DNA of 57,871 bases, from the IMG/VR virus record IMGVR_UViG_3300009111_000006; one strand, 5' to 3'. The notes beneath the pieces were generated by a model, which was not told the DNA's origin, ran no database searches, and saw only the letters and a list, made by a program, of their open reading frames with translations. Positions within the stretch are counted from its first letter, which is position 1, and every line of letters begins with the position of its first letter. Origin of the DNA: a virus. A program made the position numbers and the translations under genes. Below are positions 1 to 9,500 of the stretch, in pieces.

Positions 1-123
1 CTTATCGTCGCGTTGCACGTCGATCCAAGCGTAGAGCGAACAGGAAAAGAGAAACCTATTTTTTCTGTGGATGAGAGAAAGGAAATTCTTTCAGCGATCA
101 AGTATATCGACCAGGTCGTGACC
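1..123. repeat. Terminal direct repeat, copy 1 (identical to 57749..57871). Either circular-assembly overlap or terminal redundancy.
   Basis: Exact 123-bp identity between the two window ends. An ORF is continuous across the junction. Confidence 0.95.
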
Positions 124-315
124 TACTGCGTTGAGAGTGACCTGACAGAACTGATGAAGCAGGTTCATATCGACGTGCGCATTCTTGGGAGCGATTATCT
201 CAAGACTCCACAGAAAATCACTTCCCCGGAAATGTCCAACGAAGTGTACTTTCATCTGCGAAACCATGATTGGTCTCAAACCAAGATAAAGAGACTCTTG
301 CGGGAGAAAAAATGA
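1..315 (+). CDS. Cytidylyltransferase-fold sugar-phosphate nucleotidyltransferase, C-terminal part. The gene starts at 57659 and crosses the junction; 134 aa in total.
   Basis: In frame with 57659..57871. The N-terminus has GSFDIIHPGY (an HxGH-type motif) and the C-terminus has RILGSDY and WSQTKIKRLL. This resembles TagD / RfaE domain II. Confidence 0.75.
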   Translation, partial: LIVALHVDPSVERTGKEKPIFSVDERKEILSAIKYIDQVVTYCVESDLTELMKQVHIDVRILGSDYLKTPQKITSPEMSNEVYFHLRNHDWSQTKIKRLLREKK

Positions 316-1232
316 GAATTCTTATCACTGGCGTGGCAGGGTTTATTGGAAGTCACACAGCCGAAGTTTTGCTAAAAGGGAAACACCAGGTCATGGGCGT
401 GGATGATTTCTCCACTGGTAGGCCGGAAAACCTGAGAGATTTTGTTGACTCAGGTGGAAGGTATGTAACTGCCGACATCACACTTCCATCCATTCTTGAA
501 GTCTTCCAAAACTTCAAGCCAGAAGTAGTCATTCACCTAGCAGCGCAGGCTGCGATAACAACATCCATCGACAATCCTGACAAAGACCTGAAGGTGAACG
601 GGATGGGCACGATCAGGCTCGTGCGGGCTGCGAAGAAGTTTAGCGTCAAACGATTTATCATCTCGTCCACGTCCGCTGTGTATAGGGAGCAGCATGTGCT
701 GTGGAATACTGGCGAGAAGACAGCTTTCGGGCCCACATCCCCTTACGGCATCAGCAAGATGGCGGCAGAGTTCTATGTGCGTTCTTTGTTCCAGAATTCC
801 GTAATCCTGAGATACGGGAACGTTTATGGCCCAAGGCAGGTTCCGATCGGCGAGAACCAGGTCATCCCGCGCATGATCCGCCACCTGCAATATGGCGACA
901 AGTTTTATATTCATGGCAGCGGCGAGCAGAAAAGAGACTTTGTATACGTCTCGGATGTTGCCAAAGCCAACACTTATGCAATCACTGGCGAAGCTGGCAC
1001 CTATAACATCGCCAGCGGCAAGTGCGTCTCTGTGAACGAAATTGCCCGCGTAGTGGAAGAGATTTACGGGATCCCGGGTTACAAATGGGACCACACCGAA
1101 GTTGAAGATAATCGTCGCAAGGTATGCCTGGACATTTCGTCCGCAAAAAAGAACCTGTACTGGAGACCAGAAGTTGACATTCGGGAAGGTCTCATGCGCA
1201 CGGCAGTTTGGTGGAAAGGAAAAGACCAATGA
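312..1232 (+). CDS. NAD-dependent sugar epimerase/dehydratase (GalE-like SDR)
   Basis: MRILITGVAGFIGSH Rossmann motif and YGISK (YxxxK). ATGA start-stop overlap with the upstream gene. Confidence 0.85.
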   Translation: MRILITGVAGFIGSHTAEVLLKGKHQVMGVDDFSTGRPENLRDFVDSGGRYVTADITLPSILEVFQNFKPEVVIHLAAQAAITTSIDNPDKDLKVNGMGTIRLVRAAKKFSVKRFIISSTSAVYREQHVLWNTGEKTAFGPTSPYGISKMAAEFYVRSLFQNSVILRYGNVYGPRQVPIGENQVIPRMIRHLQYGDKFYIHGSGEQKRDFVYVSDVAKANTYAITGEAGTYNIASGKCVSVNEIARVVEEIYGIPGYKWDHTEVEDNRRKVCLDISSAKKNLYWRPEVDIREGLMRTAVWWKGKDQ

Positions 1233-4045
1233 GAGTTTATATCGCCCCAGATTACTCTGACAAGGACAAGAACGCTGACAATGGCGGTATTCGGCGCGTT
1301 GCCGAAGCCATGATGAAACACTTGCCAACTTTTGGCGTGGAAGTTGTACATGACCCGGACAAAGCCGATGTAATCTGCAACCATGGCGCGATGCTGGTGG
1401 AACGGCCTGGAGTTCCCAGCGTAAATGTAAATCATGGACTTTACTGGTCAAGGCAACCATGGGGCGCTGGATACCAGGAAGTCAATGAACTGGTGGTCGA
1501 GTCGATGCGCCATGCAGTTGCCCACACTGCCCCATCGCAGTGGGTATCAAACGCAATTCGCCGTGGTGGATTTTTCTACCCGGAAGTTGTGTATCATGGC
1601 GTGGATCCGGAAGAGTTTTCGGTCGGAGAAAACAAGGGTTACGTGCTCTGGAATAAGGCACGCGCAGACTTTGTTTCTGATCCGAACGACATGCTCAAAG
1701 TATCTACCTACCTACCAGAACGTCAATTCGTCACGACAATTGGAAACCCAGCCCATAATGTGAAAGTTATTGGGAATACACCATTCGAGAACATGAAGCA
1801 AGTTGTAGCTGATGCGGGAGTTTATCTTGCAACGGCACGCGAAACATTTGGGATTGGAACACTCGAGGCTATGGCCAGCGGCGTCCCTGTAGCTGGCTGG
1901 GATTGGGGCGGACAGAGCGAAATCATCGTCCAGGGCTATACTGGCTACCTTGCCCCTCCAGGAGATTTCCAGGCGCTGGCCGACTGCATTGAAAAATGCT
2001 TCGAGCACCGTGAACGCTTATCAGAGAACTGCATCAAGGATGTGCGTGAACGATGGACATGGGAGCCGCGCATCAAGCAGTATGCCGACATCTTCAAACG
2101 CGTCCATAAGAAATATAACCTGCGCGGCAAGAAACCAAAGGTGAGTGTGATTGTCACGGCCTACAAACTTGACCGTTATCTCCCCAAGTGCCTGGAGTCT
2201 ATTCGAGACCAGACCTTCAAGGACTTTGAGTGCCTGGTTGTTGACGACGTACCACTTGAGACAACTGCGGCGATTGTAAAGGACTTCTCCAAGAAAGACC
2301 GGCGCTTCCGATACGTCCCGGTAGTAAATAATCTGGGTTTGCCTGGCGCACGCAACTTTGGTTTCAGTCAGGCGCGAGGCCTATACATTCGTCATGTAGA
2401 TGCGGATGACTACATCGCCGATAATGCACTTTCCCTGGAAATAAAAGCACTGGACAATGACTGGGGCGTGCATATCGTTTATGGGCATCTCGAAGTCACC
2501 CGAGAAGATGGGTCTCGCATTCTTGAAAACGGAGAACCTGTGCGCAGCGGATGGCCGCCGGATCAATTCAATTGGATGCAACAAATGAGCCACCTGAACC
2601 AGTTGCCATCCTGTTCCATGGTCAGGCGCGAAGTATTTGAACGCACAGGTGGATACAGAGACCGCATGAAACGCGCAGAAGATGCTGACTTCTGGTGCCG
2701 GGCGACATCTGGCGGTTTTCGCGCCTATAAATTCACGCAGGCTGTTACTTACTTCCATCGCCAGCGTGGTGACAGCAAGGGTGCCATCGAGTGGCACGAA
2801 CAAGGCAAAGAACCTGACTGGACATCCTGGTTTCCGTGGAGAACAGGTGCAGGAGATTACGAGCAGGCGACTCAAATCATTCGTAAGTACGGTGGTGAGC
2901 ACCCATCTCCAAACTTTGTTCCATTTGGAGCACAAGGAAAGCCTCCTCGCTCGCTGCGTTACTGGTATGTGCATGACTATGCATATCCAGTAGTAAGCAT
3001 CATCGTTACTTGCGGACCAAGTCATAAGCGTTATCTGATGGACGCTCTCGACTCAATCCAGGCGCAAACATATCCTGACTGGGAATGTATCGTCGTGAAC
3101 GACACGGACGAACAGTGGGATAAAGACCTTCCAGGTGCGCCATGGGCAAAAGTCGTCAACATGCCGAGGAACAGTGGCGCAGCCGCGGCCAGAAATGCAG
3201 GATACGATCTCGCAAAGGGAAAGTTCATCGTTTGGATGGACGCTGATGATTACTGGCTTCCCTGGTATCTCGACAGAATGGTCAGCGCGGCGGAACAAAA
3301 CGATGGAGTCATCTTCTCGGATATGATCACGCGCACCAGCGAAAGCGTGTTCAAAATCCATCACTTCAACGAATTCGATTGCTCAAGGGTTCCGATCTCG
3401 ATGCAATACGCAGGTTCGTCTGTTTTGTATCCACGCAAAGTTGTCATGAGCGTTCGTAACTTGCAGGCTGGATGGGATGAGAAAGTTCCGGGGATGGAAG
3501 ATTGGGATTTCCAGGTTGCGGTTCACTCGCTCGGATATTGCGCATATCGCATCCCGGAACCACTGTTCGTATACCGGATGTACAGTTCAACCAAGCGCGA
3601 AAAAGACTATAATAATGGTGATGCCATAAAGGATTACATGGATAATAAGTGGCGTCACTATAGAACAGGAGCGAGACAAATGGCCTGCGGATGTTCAAAG
3701 AAAACTCTGGTGATGAAACCAGCCAATAGCACGTTGCAATCGTCTGGATCGTTTGCGAACGCAATCCAGCCCATGATGGTTGAAGGATCGCAGATGGTAA
3801 ACGTTGAGTACGTTGGCCCGGTTCAAGAACCTTTCACGATCAATTCTCGCGTTCAGCCTGGAATACGCTATCGCTTCGCGAACAATGATTACCATCGCGT
3901 AAAGACGGTGCTGATCCAGGATGCCGAATTCCTGATCAATCTTCTCGATGGAAATGCGGTTCCGCTCTACCGGGTTGTGCCAACCGGCACTGCTGCGGAA
4001 ACGAATGACCCGGCTGCATTCCTCGGACAGGCAATTCAAGCATGA
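1229..4045 (+). CDS. 938-aa fusion of three glycosyltransferase domains (GT4/GT1-type plus two GT2/GT-A) with an unassigned C-terminal domain of about 120 aa
   Basis: GIGTLEAMASGVPVAGWDWGGQSEII (EX7E-type GT-B). VSVIVTAYKLDRYLPKCLESIRDQTFKDFECLVVDD and VSIIVTCGPSHKRYLMDALDSIQAQTYPDWECIVVND (GT2). ATGA overlap with the upstream gene. Confidence 0.85.
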   Translation: MRVYIAPDYSDKDKNADNGGIRRVAEAMMKHLPTFGVEVVHDPDKADVICNHGAMLVERPGVPSVNVNHGLYWSRQPWGAGYQEVNELVVESMRHAVAHTAPSQWVSNAIRRGGFFYPEVVYHGVDPEEFSVGENKGYVLWNKARADFVSDPNDMLKVSTYLPERQFVTTIGNPAHNVKVIGNTPFENMKQVVADAGVYLATARETFGIGTLEAMASGVPVAGWDWGGQSEIIVQGYTGYLAPPGDFQALADCIEKCFEHRERLSENCIKDVRERWTWEPRIKQYADIFKRVHKKYNLRGKKPKVSVIVTAYKLDRYLPKCLESIRDQTFKDFECLVVDDVPLETTAAIVKDFSKKDRRFRYVPVVNNLGLPGARNFGFSQARGLYIRHVDADDYIADNALSLEIKALDNDWGVHIVYGHLEVTREDGSRILENGEPVRSGWPPDQFNWMQQMSHLNQLPSCSMVRREVFERTGGYRDRMKRAEDADFWCRATSGGFRAYKFTQAVTYFHRQRGDSKGAIEWHEQGKEPDWTSWFPWRTGAGDYEQATQIIRKYGGEHPSPNFVPFGAQGKPPRSLRYWYVHDYAYPVVSIIVTCGPSHKRYLMDALDSIQAQTYPDWECIVVNDTDEQWDKDLPGAPWAKVVNMPRNSGAAAARNAGYDLAKGKFIVWMDADDYWLPWYLDRMVSAAEQNDGVIFSDMITRTSESVFKIHHFNEFDCSRVPISMQYAGSSVLYPRKVVMSVRNLQAGWDEKVPGMEDWDFQVAVHSLGYCAYRIPEPLFVYRMYSSTKREKDYNNGDAIKDYMDNKWRHYRTGARQMACGCSKKTLVMKPANSTLQSSGSFANAIQPMMVEGSQMVNVEYVGPVQEPFTINSRVQPGIRYRFANNDYHRVKTVLIQDAEFLINLLDGNAVPLYRVVPTGTAAETNDPAAFLGQAIQA

Positions 4046-4359
4046 TTACCTGGATTGAACTTACGATCTTCTCTCTGGCAACCTGGCGCATATCTTCGTT
4101 GATCGTAAACGAGGAAGGCCCATTCGATATTTTCCTGCGCATCAGGGAATTTATTGGCATACGGCATGACGATAACGGAAAACCGCTCATGGTTCCTGAG
4201 CGGTTTTTTCCTAAGCTTATTTCTTGCGTATGGTGCTCGAGTGTTTGGGTTGGATTTGCGTGGACTGCAACCTATTACTTTTTCCCAGAAACAACCTATC
4301 TTCTTGCTATGCCATTCTTTTTGAGCGCAGTGGCGATTATATTCAGTAAGTATGCCTAA
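4042..4359 (+). CDS. Small membrane protein, DUF1360-like
   Basis: Two or three hydrophobic helices, ATWRISSLI and CVWCSSVWVG motifs. ATGA overlap with the glycosyltransferase gene. Confidence 0.6.
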   Translation: MITWIELTIFSLATWRISSLIVNEEGPFDIFLRIREFIGIRHDDNGKPLMVPERFFPKLISCVWCSSVWVGFAWTATYYFFPETTYLLAMPFFLSAVAIIFSKYA

Positions 4360-4398
4360 CGGTTTGCGTTACCCGCAAGTGGCCGCTGCTGCCACTTG

Positions 4399-5010
4399 TC
4401 AGGTACGCGCGGTGTTGGCTTGCGTAAAGGCATCATATTGATCGATTGCCCAAACTAGGGCGTAACAACACCAAAGAAAACTATAGGTATAGCGTTTATT
4501 ATCAAATTCCCACCAATCATCAAAGTTGATTTTATCTGAGCGAAAGTCACGAATCGCGCAAATAGCCTCGACCATGTCCTCAGCCTCGAGAAGTAGAGCA
4601 ATCTCCTCCATGATCTCGACTGGTATTTCTTCGTCAACTTCAAGCGATAGATGTGACCTGGTAGAGCCCAAAACATTTTCCCGAAATTCATCGATACTGA
4701 ATTTCTCGACCCCTTCGGGCTTATTTTCAGCGACAACCTTTTCTGACCAATAGCCGGGATTGATTTCCTTTCGGCTATTCCTGAAAAAGGAAAACATATC
4801 TTCAACGCGCGTAAAAACAAACGCGCCCATATCTCCGGTGTAAGCAAGATAGCCAGGCCAGGTGATGATTTCAAAGCGGTAAATAGAACTTCCGTTATTC
4901 GAGAAAATCAAGTGGCGATAAACCCCATCATCCCGAATAACATTCATGGAGTGGTTGACAACATCTTTCAAAAACCGATCTTTGTTTGGTTGCTCGTTAT
5001 TTTCTGACAT
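4399..5010 (-). CDS. Hypothetical protein (203 aa)
   Basis: Long ORF with an AAAGGATAAT-type RBS. It lies opposite in orientation to the surrounding late genes. Confidence 0.6.
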   Translation of the reverse strand: MSENNEQPNKDRFLKDVVNHSMNVIRDDGVYRHLIFSNNGSSIYRFEIITWPGYLAYTGDMGAFVFTRVEDMFSFFRNSRKEINPGYWSEKVVAENKPEGVEKFSIDEFRENVLGSTRSHLSLEVDEEIPVEIMEEIALLLEAEDMVEAICAIRDFRSDKINFDDWWEFDNKRYTYSFLWCCYALVWAIDQYDAFTQANTART

Positions 5011-5094
5011 GGAAATTATCCTTTCTTAGCAAGCCGAACTATGATTTTAGCAGAATGTACATCTAAAATTGCATTAGCGCGAAATATTTACGCT

Positions 5095-5283
5095 TCATTC
5101 TGCGTCAGATTGCTCGCTGGACACTACGCGCTGAACAAACTTTTTCAGGCTGGCATAGACGTTCGGATCGAGATAGACCACGTCGGTTGGGGCTACAGGG
5201 CTGTTTGCCATCAGGCAAATCTGATACCCATCGAAACTTGCGTAAAGACCATCGCCTAAATATTCCGTCTCTTCTTTTGGCAT
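5095..5283 (-). CDS. Hypothetical protein (62 aa, start at MPKEETEY)
   Basis: ORF co-oriented with and upstream of 4399..5010. Confidence 0.45.
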   Translation of the reverse strand: MPKEETEYLGDGLYASFDGYQICLMANSPVAPTDVVYLDPNVYASLKKFVQRVVSSEQSDAE

Positions 5284-5340
5284 AGTGTTCTCGCGATTCC
5301 TTTCTGATAACATTATACAGGCGCGATAGTTCTTGAAAAA

Positions 5341-5354
5341 GTGACAAATGTCAT
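5341..5354. promoter_or_regulatory. RTGAC-N4-GTCAY box (GTGACAAATGTCAT) in a divergent intergenic region. TATAAT at 5382..5387.
   Basis: One of 11 copies of this motif. The TATAAT ends 6 nt before the ATG at 5394. Confidence 0.55.
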
Positions 5355-5393
5355 GTGTTCGGAGAATTTTGTAATGTATTGTATAATTGAGAT

Positions 5394-5705
5394 ATGGAAT
5401 TCCCTATCATCTGTTCCAGGTGCGGGCACGAAAACATGGTAGACCTGGAAAATCTGGAGAGACGGCCACTCGACAGAACCACATGGATGGATGGGTTCCA
5501 ATGCACATGCGGAGTTTGGAAGCCAGTCTGGTTTGAGACTGCTCTGCTATCAGATGCCATGCGCAGGTTGGACAGCTCGAAGAAAGATTTTCGCTATCAC
5601 TTTGCGAAAGCCCTGAAGAGAGCGATGGCGACCTATGAGCGCGGAATGGGAATCTATGGCACGCAGCAACTTCAGGACATGGCTACCAATCGACCGCTGG
5701 GCTGA
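5394..5705 (+). CDS. Zinc-ribbon protein (CxxC...CxC), possibly a regulator. Apparently leaderless.
   Basis: CSRCGHEN...CTCG. The -10 hexamer lies 6 nt upstream of the ATG and there is no SD. Confidence 0.5.
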   Translation: MEFPIICSRCGHENMVDLENLERRPLDRTTWMDGFQCTCGVWKPVWFETALLSDAMRRLDSSKKDFRYHFAKALKRAMATYERGMGIYGTQQLQDMATNRPLG

Positions 5706-6876
5706 AATCATCGGGATCAATCCCCTGCACTTCAACCAGCTTACGTCAGAAACCTACATGCCGAATAATGTTTGCGGCGATGCGTGGTTCCAGTATTCCT
5801 GGCAACATTCTGATCGCATTGGTCGAGAAGATGTAGCCATGGCAATCCAGGAAGCAGAATTCCAGATTGCTGCGGAGGTTGGTTATAACCTGATCCCGGA
5901 TTGGACAGTGGACGAACGTCTTCAGTATCCACAGCCTGGCGTTCCAGGTGTGTACAATCTATGGGGAACAAATCCGCGTGGAATGATGAAATCTGTCGAG
6001 TTACGAAAAGGGCATGTTATCTCGGGCGGTATTCGCACGAAGGTGCTGATCCAGGCTGGCGCAGCGGTTGTCCGATCGGACTCGGATGGCGATGGCTATA
6101 ACGAGACTTGTACTGTCACCGTTCCGATCACCACCACTGATACGAACGAAGTGCGTGTTTATTACCCTGCAAAAAATGGGGATGATGCCTGGGAGATACG
6201 ACCGGCGACAGTTTCCATTTCAGGCGGCTTCGCTACGATCACATTCAAGTCATGGCAAATTGTGGATGCTGAAAAACAGGAATACATCAACGCGGATCCG
6301 CTCGAGGCTGGCGATCCAGCATCCTATGAGGCAACCGTTGACGTATATCGACTGTACAACGACCCATCCACCCAGTTGCAGTTCATGTGGGAAAACTCCG
6401 GCCTGAATTGCTGTGGAAGTTGCGTTGCCTGCCAGTTCAGCACACAGGCAGGATGCTTTCATCTTCGAGATCAGCGATTGGGGATATGTGTCCCTTCTCC
6501 CGGAGCGTGGAACGCGGCCACCCAGCAGTTTGATTATGCAGAATTCAGCGCGTGCCGGGAACCAGACCAGGTGCGGTTCTGGTATTACTCGGGTTACAGA
6601 GACCAGAGTCTTGCACGTCCACATGTTCAGATGTCGCCTTACTGGGAATATGCCGTAGCTTTTTTTGCCGCTTCAAAGCTGGATCGTCCAGCCTGCGGAT
6701 GCTCGAACGTGTCCGAATTTATTGAGAAGTGGCGCAGGGATGCGGCTTTTGTCTCGCAGGAAGCTGGTGGAATGTCGATACCGCAGGAGTTCCTGGCAAA
6801 CCGACTGGGAACATCTGTGGGCGCAATCTATGCCTATCGCAGAGTACATCAGAACGGAATACGGATTGTCAAATGA
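5635..6876 (+). CDS. Virion-module protein (head-tail joining region), function unknown
   Basis: 413-aa ORF, first large gene of the tail arm. The start could be 5656 instead. Confidence 0.6.
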   Translation: MSAEWESMARSNFRTWLPIDRWAEIIGINPLHFNQLTSETYMPNNVCGDAWFQYSWQHSDRIGREDVAMAIQEAEFQIAAEVGYNLIPDWTVDERLQYPQPGVPGVYNLWGTNPRGMMKSVELRKGHVISGGIRTKVLIQAGAAVVRSDSDGDGYNETCTVTVPITTTDTNEVRVYYPAKNGDDAWEIRPATVSISGGFATITFKSWQIVDAEKQEYINADPLEAGDPASYEATVDVYRLYNDPSTQLQFMWENSGLNCCGSCVACQFSTQAGCFHLRDQRLGICVPSPGAWNAATQQFDYAEFSACREPDQVRFWYYSGYRDQSLARPHVQMSPYWEYAVAFFAASKLDRPACGCSNVSEFIEKWRRDAAFVSQEAGGMSIPQEFLANRLGTSVGAIYAYRRVHQNGIRIVK

Positions 6877-7172
6877 AAATATCAACGATTACAGGCCCGG
6901 ATGGAAGGAAGTACCAGGCAATCACTGATGACGGTGACGACAAAGCGATTGTCATCGGCCCACCGGAAGGACTTGTGGATGAACTTGGATTACCAGAACC
7001 ATTCGCAACACGCCTGCATAACATCTTGCACGCACGCGGACTGATCAACTATGATGCCGTTCGCGCCAACCCAAAAGCCATCATCGGTACTTTACAGGAA
7101 TTCTTCACGCTGGATTCCCAGCGACTGACAGAAATGTTCTTCAAGATTGAACAGGAGGCTCATCATGAGTGA
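6873..7172 (+). CDS. Hypothetical virion-module protein (99 aa)
   Basis: ATGA overlap with the upstream gene. The start at 6873 was chosen from the coupled start-stop. Confidence 0.55.
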   Translation: MKISTITGPDGRKYQAITDDGDDKAIVIGPPEGLVDELGLPEPFATRLHNILHARGLINYDAVRANPKAIIGTLQEFFTLDSQRLTEMFFKIEQEAHHE

Positions 7173-8664
7173 CGTAAAAACTATCAATGCCTTGAACGTG
7201 CGCATCTGGTACGTTGAAGGTGGCGTTCATCCCACCAAGGCACCCGAGTTCCTTGCGTTGGGAAAGTTCTCGACTGATCCGTCGCAAAGCGTTGGCGAAG
7301 ATACACGCGTATCAGCCCCGGACCCGAACAGCTTCAACCGTGACATTCAGGTTGGGACTGTTCCCGGCGAAGTGGCGCGTGCAACCTTCTCGATTGGGGC
7401 ACGCACAACGGCGCAGCGTTCCATCCTGCTCGACTGGAAGAACCGCAAGTGTCGCGTTGACTTCTTTGCTCTAATGGGTCGCTGTGGAAATCCACAGGAC
7501 TTTACCCAAGGCGGAGAGAAGTGGATTTACTTCCCCGATGGGCGCATCAGCCAGCACTCGTTCGAGAACTTCGGTGCCTACGGACGAGACGAGAACAATC
7601 CGACCAATGAAATGGTGGATGCGACGAGCGAAGAGTATTACGAATTCCGCTATGAGCGCAACGAACAGATTGCCAGTTCCGAGACGGTTCGGGAGATCGC
7701 AACGGTTGATATTTATACCGGGAACGACTGCGAGAACTGCCCCGATCCGTGTGACCGGATGCTGATGACCATGATCGGCGCAAGTGCCACTCCTGGCACC
7801 CAGCCGGTCATTCTGTACTCATCCGATGGCGGCGAGACTTGGGCGCAGCAAACTATCAGCACCTTGTTCTCAAACGAGAGCATTTCGGATGGCGAGATCG
7901 TTGGCGGCGACTTCCTGATTATCTCGAGCACTGCCAATGAAATCCACTGGACGAGCATTGAAGACCTGTACGAAGGCACAAACTCGTGGAGTCAGGTCAA
8001 TAGCGGTTTCGTGGCTGGAAAAAACGTTCGCGCCATCTCCGCGGCTGATCCGCGCCATATCTGGATCGCAGCCGATAGCGGCTATATCTACTTCGCCAGC
8101 AACTTCAAATCAGGCGTGACCGTCCAGGACGCAGGCGTTGCCACCACGCAGAACCTGAAAGCCATCCACGCCATGGATAACGAAAACGTTCTGGCCGTTG
8201 GTGAAAGCAATGCCGTTATCCGCACCCTGAATGGCAAGACCTGGGAAACCATCACTGGACCAGCCGTTGGCGTGACGCTCGGTTCTTGCTGGATGTGGGC
8301 GGAAGATGTCTGGTTCGTTGGCGAGGGTGCCGGTGGAACTGGAAAGTTATGGCTGACCGTCAATAGCGGAAAAAGCTGGTCGCAGGTTGGGTTGCCGTCC
8401 AGTTATCTGCGCATCGATAAAATCAAATTCATCAGCGAAGCCGAAGGATACATCCTTGCCCGCGATGGCAGTCAGGAATACATCCTGCGCACCATCACGG
8501 CTGGCAACGAATGGACCGTTTTACCGCAGGGAAAGAGTGGCACGCCAGTTGATAACTCTTACCTGAATGACATTGCCGTGTGTTCACGGTACTCCAACAC
8601 CGTCCTGGCGGGTGGTGTTGCCCCCAATGGCACGAGTGGTATTGCCATTCTTGCACAGGGATAA
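7165..8664 (+). CDS. Putative major tail (tube) protein with a C-terminal BNR/Asp-box beta-propeller
   Basis: AGGAGG RBS. It sits directly upstream of the chaperone pair and tape measure. YSSDGGETWAQQ, NSGKSWSQV and NGKTWETI are Asp-box repeats. Confidence 0.6.
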   Translation: MSDVKTINALNVRIWYVEGGVHPTKAPEFLALGKFSTDPSQSVGEDTRVSAPDPNSFNRDIQVGTVPGEVARATFSIGARTTAQRSILLDWKNRKCRVDFFALMGRCGNPQDFTQGGEKWIYFPDGRISQHSFENFGAYGRDENNPTNEMVDATSEEYYEFRYERNEQIASSETVREIATVDIYTGNDCENCPDPCDRMLMTMIGASATPGTQPVILYSSDGGETWAQQTISTLFSNESISDGEIVGGDFLIISSTANEIHWTSIEDLYEGTNSWSQVNSGFVAGKNVRAISAADPRHIWIAADSGYIYFASNFKSGVTVQDAGVATTQNLKAIHAMDNENVLAVGESNAVIRTLNGKTWETITGPAVGVTLGSCWMWAEDVWFVGEGAGGTGKLWLTVNSGKSWSQVGLPSSYLRIDKIKFISEAEGYILARDGSQEYILRTITAGNEWTVLPQGKSGTPVDNSYLNDIAVCSRYSNTVLAGGVAPNGTSGIAILAQG

Positions 8665-8686
8665 TCTGTAAGTCAAAGAGGGAAGC

Positions 8687-9226
8687 ATGGATCAAGAAAC
8701 CAAAGTAGCACAGGCGGTTGAGGAAGCCAACCGCCAGAACGATCTTGTCGAATTATCGACAGGTGTTATCCTGCGAGCACATAAAGCAAACCCGACCACG
8801 CTGGTCAAGGTCATGGCGAACTTTCCGCGCCCAAAGCCTCCTGTGCAGTTCATGAAGATCATGGGGCGCGAGATGGAGAACCCGGATGACCCGGACTACA
8901 TCGATCGGGTGAAAGCGTGGAAGACGGAAAGCAGCACGGCCATCCTGAATGCACTTATCCTGCTCGGGACATCTCTGGAAAGCAAACCGAAGGGGATGCC
9001 TGGCCCGGATGATCAGGACTGGCTGAATGAATACTCCGTGCTGGGCTTGCAGACGAACTTTGAGAACAAAAGCTGGCGATACCTGACTTGGGTTAGTTTC
9101 AAAGCCTGCGCCGATGAAAATGACCTGAGAATGATCCAGGAAGTGGTTGGGCGCTTATCGGGCGTGCGGGAGGTGGATGTCAAAGCCGCCAGCACGTTTC
9201 CTGGGCGTAACAATGCCAGCGGGTGA
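8687..9226 (+). CDS. Tail assembly chaperone (first ORF)
   Basis: Position immediately upstream of the tape measure gene. It overlaps a second ORF in another frame. Confidence 0.6.
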   Translation: MDQETKVAQAVEEANRQNDLVELSTGVILRAHKANPTTLVKVMANFPRPKPPVQFMKIMGREMENPDDPDYIDRVKAWKTESSTAILNALILLGTSLESKPKGMPGPDDQDWLNEYSVLGLQTNFENKSWRYLTWVSFKACADENDLRMIQEVVGRLSGVREVDVKAASTFPGRNNASG

Positions 9227-9500
9227 AGTAGACGCTGACATAAACGAAGTTGAATTGCAATATGGCGTCAGCGCAGGCATAAACCTGCGCATTTCCCAAA
9301 TTGGGATGGTGCCACTCTACGAGGAACACGCTGCGCGACTGAAGTATGGTCATAAACTTAGCGAATGGCATGAGATGGACTACATGGAAAAGGCTCTTGT
9401 GGTAGCCATGTACAGAACGACGAATTCCATCCAAAACCAACAGTCGGAAGCTGAAATTCGCGCAGCGCGTTCCAAGAGTAAAAAAGACAAGGATGCCTGA
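9213..9500 (+). CDS. Second chaperone-region ORF, either independent or a frameshift extension
   Basis: The frame is open from 9147 at the latest and is +1 relative to 8687..9226. It ends at the tape measure start. Confidence 0.45.
   Translation: MPAGEVDADINEVELQYGVSAGINLRISQIGMVPLYEEHAARLKYGHKLSEWHEMDYMEKALVVAMYRTTNSIQNQQSEAEIRAARSKSKKDKDA

Noticed and set aside
537-1460. 307-aa ORF on the - strand
   Set aside because: It is antisense to the epimerase and GT genes, which carry clear Rossmann and GT motifs. No RBS.
8687-9500. Canonical -1 frameshift (XXXYYYZ slippery site) in the tail chaperone genes
   Set aside because: The downstream ORF is in the +1 frame, the -1 frame is closed, and I saw no heptanucleotide slippery site in the overlap.
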